Of a stretch of DNA of 64,000 nt, positions 34,931 through 49,400 are shown piece after piece; the first letter of the stretch is position 1; each line of letters opens with the position of its first letter. The notes below the pieces were generated by a model. That model ran no database searches, had not been told where the DNA came from, and was given only the letters and a program-made list of their open reading frames with translations. This DNA comes from Blasia pusilla (Eukaryota), in the NCBI GenBank assembly GCA_050084515.1, contig CM114271.1, forward strand, positions 17,856,001 through 17,920,000. The letters run 5' to 3'. A program made the translations under genes and the position numbers.

Positions 34931-37900
34931 TCACAGCTTTCCAGAAGCCTCTGTCCGTGGAGGTCCGGCCCTCTTGGATAGTGATCGTAGCAATCGATGA
35001 TCAAGCTCAAATTGTCGAATAACCAAACTCTGCAACCATACGACCACCGTGTTCAACAGGCCAGTACTGGGATCTAGTTTGTCATAGAGAATTTGAAAAT
35101 CAACACCAATGAGCACAATTGCAATCTCTTAGAGGCAACGGACCATCATCCTGCTCACGGCTGAAAGAATCTAGCTTCCATCAAATTACCTTATTGAGTG
35201 CTGGAGCAGGGCTGAGCCCATCGTAAGTAGAATGTGGAAGCCGTGCCACCTCCACCCCATTCTCAAACAACACCAAAGTTGGTAATTGCCTCAAAGCAAC
35301 TGGATCCTCCACCCAAAACTGTGTTAAAACAACTCTAAGCAAATTGATATGAACCAAAACAAAAGACGCTGGTTTCCATCCAGTTTTCCCACACAGGTCC
35401 GATGACCTCATTTAGTTTTCTTTTTGCCTGACTAATAATAACAGATACAAAATTAAATCATCAATCAACCAAAAGGACCAAAGGCTCCATGAATAAGAGG
35501 ATGGGAAATGTACGTTAAGGAAACATCTGGCTGGGGAGGGGGAGGGGGCACAGAAGGAGTTGCCCAGAAAGAACCCCACAATCAGCAGGACGAAGCCTTG
35601 AGAGGGTCCTTTTTAGACAGAGGCAGTTTCAGTCAAATCCAATGAACCCCATAAGGTCAAGAATCGAAAGTACTATCTAAAAACACCAGACAATTAATAA
35701 GGTGTCCATCACGGATGCTGAAATGTGCACGACTCGAGACTGTCAGTTCCCACTACACTCTAGTATCCCTACTAAGCAAGCATAGCAGTTTACGTTCACG
35801 ATCTAAAGTAGAGTTGAAGCAAAGAAAGATTGAAGAAAGCCCTAAACAACTGTTATTGAGCACCTGAGTAGCAAGTAAGGAGACACAACTCTGGCTTTGG
35901 TGATTAGATTACCTCCAAGCTCTATTCCAAACTTTTCAGCAGTTTTTGGAAAGCATCCAATGTCCACCTTGCCAAAGTGAAGGCCTGATGTCGAGTAACT
36001 GAAAAGGATCACAATAGAAAATGGTTTCAGAATGCACAGGGCACTCTTCACTATGCACATGTCAGTCTTTGATTGGTTAACCCCAAAGCACTAGCTTCCT
36101 GACACCCTGCCTTTGATTCCAAAAGGTATTATTAACAAAAACAGCCTTCTAAACAGACACACACAAAACCGTTCATAATCATCTGTGTATGGGGTTCCTA
36201 TTCTGCTAATTTCAGAGTTTATACTTGTCATCTTGCAGCATTCGAGATAAGACTTACAATCACCATAATTTCTGAATCAAAAGTCCTACCAAAATTCAGC
36301 ATTAGTCTTTCTTTGATTCACAAGATCCACCAGAGATGGGCAGATGGACTTGCAATGACCAAATTCTTTCTGGCACACACAATTGCAAGACCTGGGCATC
36401 TCCAGTGGATGGTGTGGCTGGGTAAAGAAAAGCGAACCACCCATACTGTCAATGACTGCAACTGAAAAATGAAACGTCCAAGTAACTCCCAAATCTGTTT
36501 CCTATTCCTACCACCATACTCTGAAGAAAGTTCTGAGAAGATTCTTTGGAAGTGATTGCATCGTGGAGACCAAGCTGCTCCAAACTGCACCTGTAACAAG
36601 ATTTTAAGGGAATCCATCAGAGAAATGAGAACAAGGTACCTTCTCCAAAAATTCCTGCAATCATCAATGACATAAAAGATAGCTGTACTAAGGCAACACA
36701 TCAACTCCATATAATCCAAGATGAGGATGTACACACAATCACAAGGACAACTAGCTCAAGTGTTTCTGGATGGTTCTGGAATGACTGTTGTTCACATCCT
36801 CCTTCACTGGTTTGGCACATGAGGCCTCACCTTTTTCACCACCACATACAACACTCCTTTCTATTACTCTGGCATTTTCTATGGCTCAGGACAAACTTGT
36901 ACAAACCAGCCAGGCTGAAGATCGATTCTCCGATAATTGACTTTCCAGTTGCAAGGGAGTCAGATGCACAACACTCCCTGTAGGTTCCAATACATCAGAA
37001 ACTTCTTAGTTGGTTATTGTGGCCACCTTTTACCACCATTTAAGAATCTGAAAATGCAGATCTTTAACAACTTTCAACTTCACTTTTCTTAGACAAAAAG
37101 AGGGAACTGACAGTAAACCTGATTCAGAGCTTGGTGGTTGATGCCACAGAAGAAAGATAACTGACATGAAAAGGCAAACGATCAGTCACGTCTGCAAATC
37201 GCTTATATACAGCGTGGGAGAGAACAAACGAAATTCCTAGCCACATTGTTCCTGATAATATTGAACCACAGCCCGCAGAATTCCAGAAAGTTCGGAACAC
37301 AGATGAGACTTGCATTCACAGAATGTTATGAAATAACATATTTCCCCCAGAGTCTAGTTCATGAATAAATATGAACTCTAATCTCTAGTACCTGCCCTCT
37401 GCCTGTACCTTCTAAGGCATATATCACAGATTTTGGAACTATAATCTCGAAAGAAGTGTAGACCTCTGGACACAAGTGAAGGGGAAGATGTGTACAACAC
37501 ATTCCATGATGTCAACAACATTGATTTCTTTGAAATGACCTGATCAGCCCAAGCAGTCCACTTCATGAGAAAAGTACTGTGTAGGTAGAGGCTGATAGGT
37601 CAGTCACCGACAACACAAATCAATGAGGGATTCGACGACACGTGATCAGAAATCTCACCTGTAAAAAAAAAAAGGTACCAAGAGAGCATCCGGGGGTCGA
37701 GAATGCCAACCAGCAGTGCCACTACACACTGAAATCCATGGATGCTCAAGTCAACACACGACTAGTGCCAGGGTTGAACTTTTCATGTTAACACTCTATC
37801 TCTGTGCTCACTTCCTCTTCAGTGATCAGACTTATATGAAAGAAATAAGAACCAAAACCCAACATTTTACCCTTACCTTTGCATAGAGCAGTGCATCTCC

Positions 37901-39183
37901 CAAGAACCCTTCCACTGTATTACTCTTCACATACTGCAGAAAAATACAGTCAACGAAACTCAGCGAGTTGACAAACAAACAGGCATCAAAGTCCTTGCTT
38001 ATGGCGGGCTTAAGTCTGGGTCAGCAGTTTTTGAAGCAATCATATTACAGCGAGAGGGCATCCATATCTCAATTCAGAAGCTTATCACTAGGTACGAGAA
38101 TTGCTTCCAACGTTTGAGGAGGGCAACTACCTTAACCACAAGAACCATAAGCAAACTTAATCCTGCCTGAACTTCCTGCAGTGAAACACACAAGTGAACC
38201 TTACATCAGCATCTGCTGAATTTTACTTCAAAAACGAAAAAGTAAACATAACCCTCAGTTATTACCCACTGTTCGAAAGAGGGAGAGGGGCTGAGTAAAG
38301 GAGATGCTTTGGAAACCGAAAAGGTAACAGTTGAATTGCATCTGAATCGAGCAAGGGCAGAACAAAACTTAGTAGTTATGGCTGCAGAGATGTAAGAAGC
38401 CTGTTTCATGGATCTTCCGGTATTCATGAAAGTGTGTTTGCGTCTCATCCTTTCACCAATGTTGTAGGACTTAGTGCTCCTGTTCTCCTAGAGCCTCTGC
38501 TGCCAATCTCAATTGATAATTGTTGTGTACTTGCTTCAACAGGTCCAGGAGGGTAATTGTTGGCAGGCCATAGATTGAAATGCCCCATTTTGTGAGGCAT
38601 TCGCTGCATTAAAAGTACCAGTTTTTCCCCCCTCAGCAGCATTATTCTTTGAGGCTTCTATAGCTCTTGCGTAAAGGCTGTTTAGGGTCGAGAGAGAAAG
38701 AGACTGTACTCACTAAGTAGTAGCCTTGCGACAATGGAGACTGGGATGGATGTAGAGAGAGGAAGAACTGAAGAAGCTAACTTATAAGAGGAGGGAGACA
38801 CTCTCATATAGTGCGAGTGCCGACCATACAAAGTGTTGGTGCAGAGCTTCCATGTGTGAGAGTGAGAGTGGGAGTGATAGTGAATGAATGAATTAATCTA
38901 TTGTTAACAGGGACCCCAAAGGACGGGAATTCTTTGATTCGAACAGTGCGCAACAATTGAAGAGGACCGATCGCCACCAAAGAGATCCTCTGCTTCACAC
39001 ATTTATGCAAAAATTAGAGAGAGAGAGAGAGAGTACCCAGCGCAAGAGAGTGAGTTGCGACGAAGGCGAGATGGAAGGAAAGGCGAAGAAGCGCAGCACA
39101 AAATAAAACAGCAGAGAGACCAGGTGCAAGGCATAAAACGGATGCAGCATCTGCCCTATCAGCGTCCGCATTGCGCCTCCCAT
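34931..39183 (-). CDS. TMX2: Thioredoxin-related transmembrane protein 2 (TMX2)-like, about 10 exons
   Basis: GT-AG exons read: 39183-39037 (MGGAMRTLIGQMLHPFYALH), 38175-38131 (EVQAGLSLL), 37933-37877 (FLGDALLYAK), 37728-37659, about 36978-36908 (LTPLQLES...WL), about 36591-36518 (VQFGAAWSPRC, SxxC site), about 35999-35912 (FGKVDIG), about 35300-35190 (QLPTLVLFENGVEVARLP) and about 35029-34931. One small exon near 37200-37440 is unresolved. Confidence 0.88.
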
Positions 39184-39817
39184 CTCCTCTCACCTTCCTC
39201 CACTATATCCCGTATTCCTGCCTCTCTTACCCCAACTTCACCCAATTCACCCCTCCACTCCAAAATGCAACCCCCGCACCCATCAACTGACGCGCCTCTT
39301 ACACATCACGTCTTCCCACAATTCACTGCTCGTCGGTGATCACGCTACCCTCTTCGCGATTCTCCGCAGTTCCAATCATGCGAGCGCAATGTAACAGCTC
39401 CACTGCTGCAACAGCTAAACTCGATCCGTCCAGTTCCAGCACGGGTGCGAACACGACGCCTACCAGCTGCTCAACTCCTTTCGAATCGATCACACTTTGC
39501 ACACATTCAGGCCCCACACCAACCCAAACTACTGACTTTACAGAGGGAGAGGCTCTATGAGCTTCCAATCGTATGACGATTCAGTCAGTCCTCACTCACT
39601 CACTTGCACATTGCAAAGGCCTATGAAACACGGTCTTTCTTCCCCACTGAAAAGGCCTTGAACTCTTTCACTCCTCTTCTGATTTTGACTGCTTTGATTG
39701 TCCATGTCTTGGTATCTTTTTCCTATGGTCAAGTTGGAAAAACTGATAGAGTATAGAAAATCTATATCATTATTGTCTCTTCATTTTGAGAGGCGTTATT
39801 TTTCTTGTAAAACATGT

Positions 39818-39935
39818 TCTTTTTAGTCGATAGAATCGCCCATTGTTCGGTCAATAGAATTGTTTGAATTCAATTATACTCTAAGGATGGGTAATTCAAA
39901 ATTATACATCTTGGTATCGCACGAGAACCAGCTGG
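39818..39935 (+). mobile_element. Second, more decayed copy of the Helitron 3' terminus
   Basis: Homologous to 25181-25292; hairpin relic ...tcgcacgag then CTGG|T. Confidence 0.6.
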
Positions 39936-42499
39936 TATTAACATACTAATAAGGGAGTGGAGAGAGTTGTAGAAATACTACACATGAACAAGTGTATGGC
40001 CCTTAGTGAGAGAGGGCATTAGAGCGAGATGGTGAAGAGTTGTTGGAGTCGGATGGAGAAAATTAGGGATGCACATTGGTTTCTAGTAGTGTGGTGTAAT
40101 CATGTAGTTTGCAATTTTGTAAGCAAAGTTCTCACGAAAGGGAGTGACTAGTAAGTGGTGATAGTGAAAGGAAAGCATATGTAGTGGAGAAAAAATTTAG
40201 GCCGCTTTGAAGTTTGATCCGTTGTATTGTCAAACTGGAAAATGTAGGGGTCACACGTGAATAGATAACTTTGAAAACGGAGATAGCTTTGGACGGAAGT
40301 CTACCTACTTAATAGCTGCATGAAAAGTCTCATCTTACTCATGAGACTTAGTGACACGATCTGTTAGGATTTAATGGATATCTATCCATGGTTATGAAGT
40401 ATGTAGACGTATTTTGCCTGAAAAAATTTATATACGTGTCTGATATGGAATATTTAAGCAACTTGTAAACTAAGAATAGTTAAAGAACTTGGGTAGATAG
40501 GAGAGAGGATCGCATAACATGGAGAGAATTTAGAATGGTTGCAAAGGTATGAAATTGTTTGTTTCACTATAGTGGTGTAATTTTCTAAATTGGAAATGGT
40601 GCATTGAAGTTGGAATGTACTTTTGAAAAGTTTGCAATTGTTTGATGGCATGAGTGCACGTGGAAAGCATTGGAGTGGAAGTTATTAGCCATTGCACTTT
40701 GATCTAAATTTTAGTGTTTGAGACCAATAGAGATCTATGTTTAGGATAAAATAGTGTGGATGGGTCTGGTTGAAAATGAAGAGAAATCCCAAGATAGGTG
40801 GTGTGAAAGAATGTTAAAAATAGCCAAAGAACAAAAAATTGTGAGTGGAATATAAGTGAGGAATATTCAGAACTCCCGTGTGGTGAAAATTGATGGAGTA
40901 CAAAAATAGACCATAAGTCTTGTCTACATGAGAAAATAGAGAAAGGTAAATTGATGTTGGCTACAAATAGTTAAAAATAATAGAAAATTAATTATTTGAG
41001 GCATTTAAAGAGTTGTATACTAACAAGCCTGAAAAATGAAGGAGGGCAAGATGTGGTAGAGTATGATGAAGGAAAATACAAGGAGCATTCAAGTAATTGA
41101 GCAACTTGGATAGAAAAATGAAATATACTTAACAAAATTTGATAGATAAGTGTTGAACTAGTTAAGGAAAATGGCAAATAGAGAGAGTGGAAAAGAACAA
41201 ACGTATCATTAGGGAGCAAAACATTCCCTAATAATAATACAAAGCACATATCGGCAACTAATATTAATGTAGAGAATTGAAATAGTGTGGCAAAAATATT
41301 GAGCATGAAGTGTGTACAACGTACGTATAAAGAGAGAATTACATGGGCATAGGCTAGGTGTGCACTTGCGCTTGGCTAGTGATGTCACAAGAGTGGAAGA
41401 ATCAAATGCATCATAATCAAAGTTAGCACATGATGAGTTGGTTATGCCACTTCTTTGCTCAAAATTTGGAAGACTGGGGATGATATGAGGTATTAGAAGA
41501 TGTAGAAGTAAACTCTGGGAGTTCACCACTAACATGGGCAAGTTTGAGTCTACTTATAAGATGTGACATTTTGAAAGTGGTCAAATCGATGACCACGTGA
41601 ATTGGAACATTGAACTCATGACATAGAGTTACTCAACTGATCAAAAAGAATCCCACTATTGACTAATGTGAATAGCCTAATCCCTTATGAGCGTGTTAAG
41701 CAAGTCTCCTTAAAGTTCTTAGAGCGTAATACTTCCTTCTAGATTCTTGAAAAAGTAAGAAAGAGAAATTAGTAGATGGAGGATGAGCTCATGATATAGA
41801 TGGAATGGAATAAAAAAAAAGAGCCCAATTGTTTCTGAACGAAAGTGCCTACCTAAGGCAAGAGCATCCTTGTTGTGATTGTGGATTTTTTCATCCCACG
41901 CCTTCCTTGTGCAATAATGACTATATTTTCCTGCTTATGATCCCATATTCCCACAAAGTGCGAAAAAATCCAAGATTATCACAGAACCCCATCTAGTTCT
42001 CTATTTGGTGTACAAGACATGGTGCACAATCTTCTTGAATATTTTGGATATCGTTAAGTATCATATTTGCGAAGTCCATGTAAGCTATAGCTAGATGATT
42101 GGAACAGTAACAAAGAGGTGAAGACAAGGCTCCTTATTGAAATAAATCACTTCAGAAGTCTGAGGAAGTTCGGATTAATATTGTTGTCGTGCTCATTTTG
42201 AGGCACCTCCACTGGTGACGTGGACGTTTGTTGTTGCATTATGGACTTGTTGCATGTACGAAATTGGGGAAATGATGCACCTCATTGCTTCTTACCTCTT
42301 GACCGCACGGAGCCTTCATTCACACACATTTCGCAAAGTTCAAAATATAAAGAAGTTTATGGAAAAAATATATCTCACGCTTATTATCTAAATGCTGCAA
42401 AGTCTAATGGTTGCAAAGTTCCAAAGGTGCGTAATTGTTGCCTATTGCGGACACATGAAAACATACACTAATCATGTAGCAAAAACTTACTTTATGAGT

Positions 42500-45400
42500 A
42501 GAAGACACGTATCATTTACTTTGAGGCGTGCAATTTTGTGTTTAGTCATTGCGTGACCAAGAGTAAGTGGGAACTTTTTCTTGAAATACTTGGAATCACA
42601 ATCATATCTGAGCGTAGAAAATTTTGTCTTAGTTACATCGATCTACAAGGCTGCCCAAGGACGCTAATTTTGCTCTTATAGTATTCACAACTTGGTCTTT
42701 GTAATTGGTATTAGTAACTACACCAATAGACCCATTTGTTGCTTGAATGGAGAGATTAATATTTGATGTAAGCATAACAGTACAACCTATTACGGTATTA
42801 ATGTATTGTACTTGTTGGAACTCATCATCATTTATCCAAGAATTGAATTCAAGTAAAGATGGTGCATCAAATAGAATCTATATTGGAACTATACAGACGC
42901 TTGCCAAAAATACCTAGTGAGTCTTATTATATCACAAAGTTGAACATCACTACAATGAGAACATATAACAAGAGTCCCATCTTGTATAAAGTCTAGAGCT
43001 GCTCTCTCATTAACAAAACAATCTTGAAGGAAAAGTTGAATGTGCTCTAGAGTTGGGAGAGACACTCTAATAGAGTTAAGAAAGTGTAAATAGTCGTAGT
43101 CTTCAAGTTGACAAATGTTTGTAGACAACACATAGGTAGACGCCTGAGCCATAAGAGAGCAAGACATAAGGTGAAAATCTTGATAAATTGTGCGGAAGCT
43201 ATGTATGCATACAAGAGGCAACTATGACATGCCACTGACTAGAATAACCAATCTTCTAAGGAATATATCAATACCACCGAGTGGTCTAATCTCATTAAGC
43301 CCCGCAAATATGATGTGAAGTAGGCAGGCATGCGCATAGAACACTTGTTTATAGAAATCACGTTTGCATCCTTCAACCTAGAATGTGCATCGAATGTCAT
43401 ATGAATATGTAGTACATCACGACAAATTGATGTATAAAAAGTAGAATGGATTGTTGTAGCAGCTACATTGAGCCTTGTGGCAACAATACCTGAAGTAGCA
43501 GGTAAAAATAGATTTTACCCTCTTGACTGCCAATAATTGCACATAAAATAGATGAAGTATGTTTTGCCAGTTGTCGACACACTTTGAAACTATCTCAAAT
43601 GCATGATACTCCACAGATTTTGTATTTCATGGTTTTTTATAATAGTATAGGTAGACTCCATATCTTTGACAATCCCATGATGGAGGCATTCATAGAGATA
43701 CGCCCATTGGACGGAGGAAGAAGATAGCATAAGTCGTTCACATCTAGATGGAATTTGTCGTAGAAGAATACTATAAAAGAACTCTTGCTACTAATGAAGG
43801 TGATGGGATTCAATAAACCTAACAAGGGATGAGGTAGGTTACATAAAGTTTCCAAGTGTGTCCATACCTTCTACAAAATTTGATAGCTTAGACTTGGATG
43901 TCTTGAGGACTTCATAATATATTATCGCGATAGAAAGTATATTGTTGTATAGAATCATTGGGTGAATGCAAGGAAAAGAAGTATTCTTCTAGAGGGAAGC
44001 TCGACAATGTGGAGCATTACAGTCAATATACTTTATTCATTGAGATCTAAAAATGGTTGGAAACAATGAAGCCTCAATTGCAAAGATGGAATGGTTCAAG
44101 ACTACACTTGATACAAGCTTGAATCTACCTTCATATAAGCTTTCAAGGCAAAGATAACAGGCACATTCAACGCCTCTATCTAGAGAACCAATTTGCTTTG
44201 ATTTTAGTGGACAGAAAGACCCATCAGCATTGGTTACACACTAGATACTCATGTGATCACCCCATAATAATAAACGTATAGGGTGGTAAGGTATCATGTT
44301 GCGGTGGAGGTGGAATGGCCCGAAATATGTGCAACACATGGACTATGGATGTGTATAGGGAACCATCTTAGAATTAGTATCAGCAAGGAATCCAAGACGA
44401 CAATATGATCATTGATTATTATTCTTTCTATCAATGCACTCGCCCTCCTTACCCTCAGTAATTGTAAGCAGTGAGAAGAAGTATGACCAAAAGTAGATGA
44501 CGGTACTGCATGTTCTATCATCCCTTGTATATAGATGCATAAAATCTCATAGATGACACAATCTACATCACTATTTTGAATCCAAAAGATTATGTGACAA
44601 TGTAGACTCCCTCATCCCTGTAACTCATACCGCAGAACATAGTCAAGAACATTACCAAGTATATTGGGGACTTGAAAATATGAATTGGTAAAGGAATGTG
44701 TGTAGTCTTGTATGGAATAATTTGCACACTCTGTTGGTGCATCCCTCCAAGTGAAATTGTTGTTAAACTTTTGCAATATTTCTTCTATATGGCTAATTTC
44801 TATCCATCTAGTTGTTGATATTCATCAAAAGTTAGTGTTAGAAAGAAATGAGGCATGTCCCATGCGTGCACTTTAGCTTTCAAGTCCTTTAGATGTCTTC
44901 TATGCCACGTTGGTGTACCTAGACTTTTATACGTGCTCTCTTAGCAAGTTTGGAAGAAGCTATTAGATGAAGAGCATAAGGAAAGGGATTGCTTGAGTTG
45001 ATGCATCACTTGAGAGGAAAGTTTGTACAATGAGAATGGAATAAACAAGTGTCTAGATCTTAGTCTCATGTAGTTAGGAAAGGAGGTTGTCCCTTAGAAG
45101 TAGTGTCTCGAGTAAGTGAAGGTGAATTGAAATATTATAGTTTCTACGGTTAATCTCTTATTAGGGGATGTACCTATGGAGTCTATGAGGCGATGTTCTC
45201 TTGTATTGGCCTTATGCTTGAAGAATACACAACCATTATTAAAGAGGTCAAATGATTTTGTTTGCATTAGTAAGGAGTATGTGACATCCAATAATACATT
45301 TAATTTTGAATGGTAGGGATTAAAAGACATGACGTGAGTAAGACTACCCCCTTTATTCTAAGAGGCTTAAAGTATTATATCAATTGCATTACCCTATAGA

Positions 45401-46400
45401 ATATCTAGTCCTCCACAAGGTTGAGGTAGTTCTAATAAGCATTTGTTATCCCCGTAGAGTTCATTAAAGGATAAATTTACACACAACACTTTATTTTATT
45501 TTATCTAGGATAGGTTGTAAAGTAGATGGACTAGTAGTATCTATGTTCCATCCAACTAAGGGTAAGTCTATGAGTGCACTAGGACTATAGAATCCTTTAT
45601 GGAAACCATTATACTTCTCTTTGCTATCAATACTTGAGTCTAAAATAGATAGCATTTGAAAATGGAGTGATTAGGCACTAAATTTTCATGGATATAAGAT
45701 GGTGTCATATAGGAATTATGGGAAGTGCAAAGCTCATTGTCACCATTTGTAATCCACGTAGAATTCACTAACGGATAAGTTTACTCACAAAACTTTTTGT
45801 ATTTTCTCTAGGATTGGGCATAGAGTAGATGGACTAGTAGTATCTATATTCCATCCAACTAGGAGTAAGTCTATGAGTGCAGTAATACTAACGAATCCTT
45901 TATGGAAACCATTATTCTTCACTATGCTACCAATGCGTGAGTCTATAATAGATAGCATTAGCAAATGGAATGGATTAGGCACAAAATTCTCACAGATATA
46001 AGATGATATCATATAAGAAGTATGGGAAGTGCGAAGCTCATTGTCACAATATAGACAAGAAGCGTTGAAGTGACCACTTCTGGGTGTAATATATGGGGCA
46101 AGAAAGCCATTACAAAGAGCATATGGCGGGTACTGAGGGGCAGTGATGGTACTCATTTGCACTCTTGGAGTTGAGTACATAATGCTACCACAATAGCCAT
46201 AACACTGCATATTAGTAATGAAGTAAGAACATAATGTGACCTATTTAGAAAGGATTTGATTGGCAGATATCCAACGGTAGGTTGTAGGTATGCATGGTAA
46301 TTTTTGTAGTATTGTGTGTCTTTGTTGGGGTTCCTACCTATAGTAAGCTACATGGATGTTCCCTACATGCAAATGTTCTTTGCCACCTTCCACTCATTTG
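42500..46400 (-). mobile_element. Decayed rolling-circle transposon Rep-PIF1 helicase (Helitron2/Helentron-like Rep motif)
   Basis: Minus-strand motifs: MPHFFLTLTFDE (about 44825-44860), ILGNVLDYVLRYELQG*GSLHCHIIFW (HUH, about 44580-44665), helicase SGIVATRL (about 43470-43495) and FPLTLGHAMTKHK (about 42535-42575). Many stops. Confidence 0.8.
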
Positions 46401-46405
46401 TCGTG

Positions 46406-49400
46406 TGTCACATCTTTTAGGATAGATCAGTGAGATCTAGTAGAGTGCCTTTGTGAGTAGTGGAGGACAAGCTCATTAGGTCGAGGATGACCTGTTGAGG
46501 TCCCAAGAAACCTGAGAGAGCAGCTTTCCCTTTCGTTTCACCTCATTTGGAGCCATATTGAGGAACTTACTATTTTAGGTAAGTACCATTTTGAGTATAT
46601 GATCGACTTTCTATCTTTGGTAAGTGGCCCTTGACCTCCTACATCGGGTCAAGAGCCAAGGATGTGACTTAACCCCAAGTAGGCAGGAGTGCTGCCATGA
46701 CCCCTTTGGACACCACCCCGATTGTGTGGTGCATCCGAGAGAAGGGTATTCGGGTGTTGGATCTCTTTGGAGGGATCAACATTGGGTTAGCTGCTATTTT
46801 GGAGGCTAGAATGCGCGTGCAGCAGTATCTGTATGTGGAAATTGATGATGTTGCAAGGCGCGCTTCACTTCACCATCTTTTTTCGCTGGTACGCCTCTGT
46901 TTTCCCAACTTCTTGTCTGCATCCGCCATTCAGGGTTACCAAAGTTCCCTACTTAGGGACATTTCATTGTTGGGGGTGCAGGACTTGGAGTTCCTCTGAC
47001 GCGTCACACTCTGGTGCAAACGTCTCGCTCCACGCGGTCTTCACACGCTCAGTGGCTAAGCATCGAAGCTCCTTAGTTGAGCCCCAAAGCGGCACCTCTT
47101 CTCCACGGACTAATGCGGCTACCATGACCTTCCTCTGCATAGAAATGTCAAGAATGGGAGTATCCTCTGCATGGACATGTCCCTCAATCAAATCATTAGG
47201 CCAAGTGATGACACTGCTAAATGCTGCTAAGGTTGCCATCTCTCTTGGCTGTCACTCTATCACTGCACCTGTGAATCAAACGGGTAATGAGCTAAGGCGC
47301 CCATCACCTGATTGCCATCCTGGTTTGTAGGAATCTAGGGAAAACCCCATCGGGTATAACACTACTCCACCAACCAAGACGTCGTAGGACTCTGCATTAG
47401 TCACTATCGCCTTGGCTCGCACCACAGACTCATCTGTAGGATATTTCGGGCGAATCCTCACCACGACCTCTTGTCGGGTGATATATTGTGTGGTACTCGC
47501 TCCATCCAAGGATGTCTGTATCCAGAATGGAAAACACTCCACATCGGCTCTCGTCAAGCCCAATCCTCCGAATGATGCTTTCCCCAACATTAGGGGTTGT
47601 GCTCCTGAATCCAACAAGATGCGTTGCGGACTAAAAGCTCTACCTCCGGGACTCACCAAGTGGAAGACCTCTCCCTGGTTATCTAGCAACACAACATCAT
47701 GAGAAGCCATGGCACGCTCTATCGCGGGTCTAGTGGGCATCTCCACCATCCTAGCAGCCGTAGCCTCCCATGAATCTGACGTGGACGGTCCAAGCATCCG
47801 TTCTAAGGGCAGGTCCATCACCTCCTCTGCAATCACCTCTAAACATGATGCAAGAACTCCAACTCCACGCTCACATAACGTAGGGGCCAACCCAAAAACC
47901 TCAGCGGACATACCTCCCAACGTCATAACATTGGAAGCAGAAAATAAAGGAGCGCGGTACACAATGGTGGCCGCCCCAACAACGTGCTCAATACATGCCC
48001 CTCTTGAGCATCAACAATAGGAGTCGTCGTACTCGCTTCTCCCATCGCCTTTTATGCCTACACACCAACAATATCACCAACTCTCAAAGAACTCTGATTA
48101 GGACCCATCGATGGAGTCCTCATCGCCTCGGACAACGCAAAAGACTGAGGAAGCCTAGTCTGTTTCCTGGCTTCCCCTCGTTGTGGATCCAACTCTGCGA
48201 CTGCTCCATGCGTCACAATTGCGGCGGCCTCCATCTGGGTAACCCCATACATCCAACCAAGATTCTCCATATCTCTGGCTGCTCCATATGATGTCGATGC
48301 CACGGATCCGGCATCGGGTAACCTCAATGCCATAGCGGCAATCTGCTCCTATAGCTGTTGTATCTGAGCAGCCATCCCAACCTCACGCCTGGCATCTCCC
48401 TCAACGCGTCTAGGTGGTGGGAATCGACCTTCTCCATAGGCAGCTCCACCATCCTATCGGGCAACTCCAGCTCTTCATCCCCCAACGGAACCACTTGGTG
48501 CACGATCTCTAGCCCCACCCGGACGGGCTACTTGCTCTTGTGCCCTATGTGGCCCTCGGTCCGGACATAACTCTGGATGTAAACTAAAACACCTGGCGCG
48601 TATGTGACCCTACCTCTGACAATAGTCACACTGATAACCTCTTGGCTCCGCCATGCTGAGGCACACGTCCATGACCTTGACGGGTGCAATCACGCTGATG
48701 ATGGGCTCCACGACATGACCAACAAGTAGTCGTAGGCGGCAGTTGCTGAGCCGCATATGAAGGCGCAGGTCTCTGTGGCACGGCCTCTCGGTATCCTCCC
48801 TGAGCTCTTGGTACCACAATCAACCTATCTCGGAGTCCACGTTGCTGCACTCGTGGTGCAGCCAATCGTGACTGCTCTCGCCCAGAACCCATGTTGGCTA
48901 CACTCTCCTCCGCCATGTTGCGCTCAATGTCCTCGGCGGTCCTAAAAACATCTCTCAACGTAGGGGAGGTGTTCATAAGAAGCACCCCCTCCCGCACCCG
49001 TGTCCGCACGGTCCGGTCCAACATCACGTACTAAGACTGGATAGCATGAGCCTCTGTAACCCTTGAGTGACGTTGAGCAACCAGCCCAAGTGAGTGTAAG
49101 CCTCATGCAAACTCTCACCCGAGCGCCTCTAGAAGTCATGGATGCTCCGCAACTCCTCCGTCCATACCCCCTGATAGCTCGCCTTCAACTCAGCGAAGAA
49201 CTCAACAACAGGGTTGAACCTGGGACAAACCCGACTAGATGGTGCAACTGCTCCAGTGCGAGTGACCCCTCCTAAAACATCACTAATGGAAGAGGAAGTA
49301 GAGTCTCCTGACTCCTCCTCCTCCTCATTTCGGAATGACTCCGTCCATGACACATCGTGTGGGTCATAGTAGAGTTGCCATGCCTCAATCTCTTGGGCAT

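Noticed and set aside
39950-42400. AT-rich stretch with short ORFs
   Set aside because: Probably old repeat debris; no motif or terminus could be identified.
46697-46999. Host DNMT3/DRM gene or bacterial contamination as the source of the MTase fragment
   Set aside because: It has no introns or host-gene context, is embedded between LTR and protease, and a second copy is colinear with the protease at 3878-4060.
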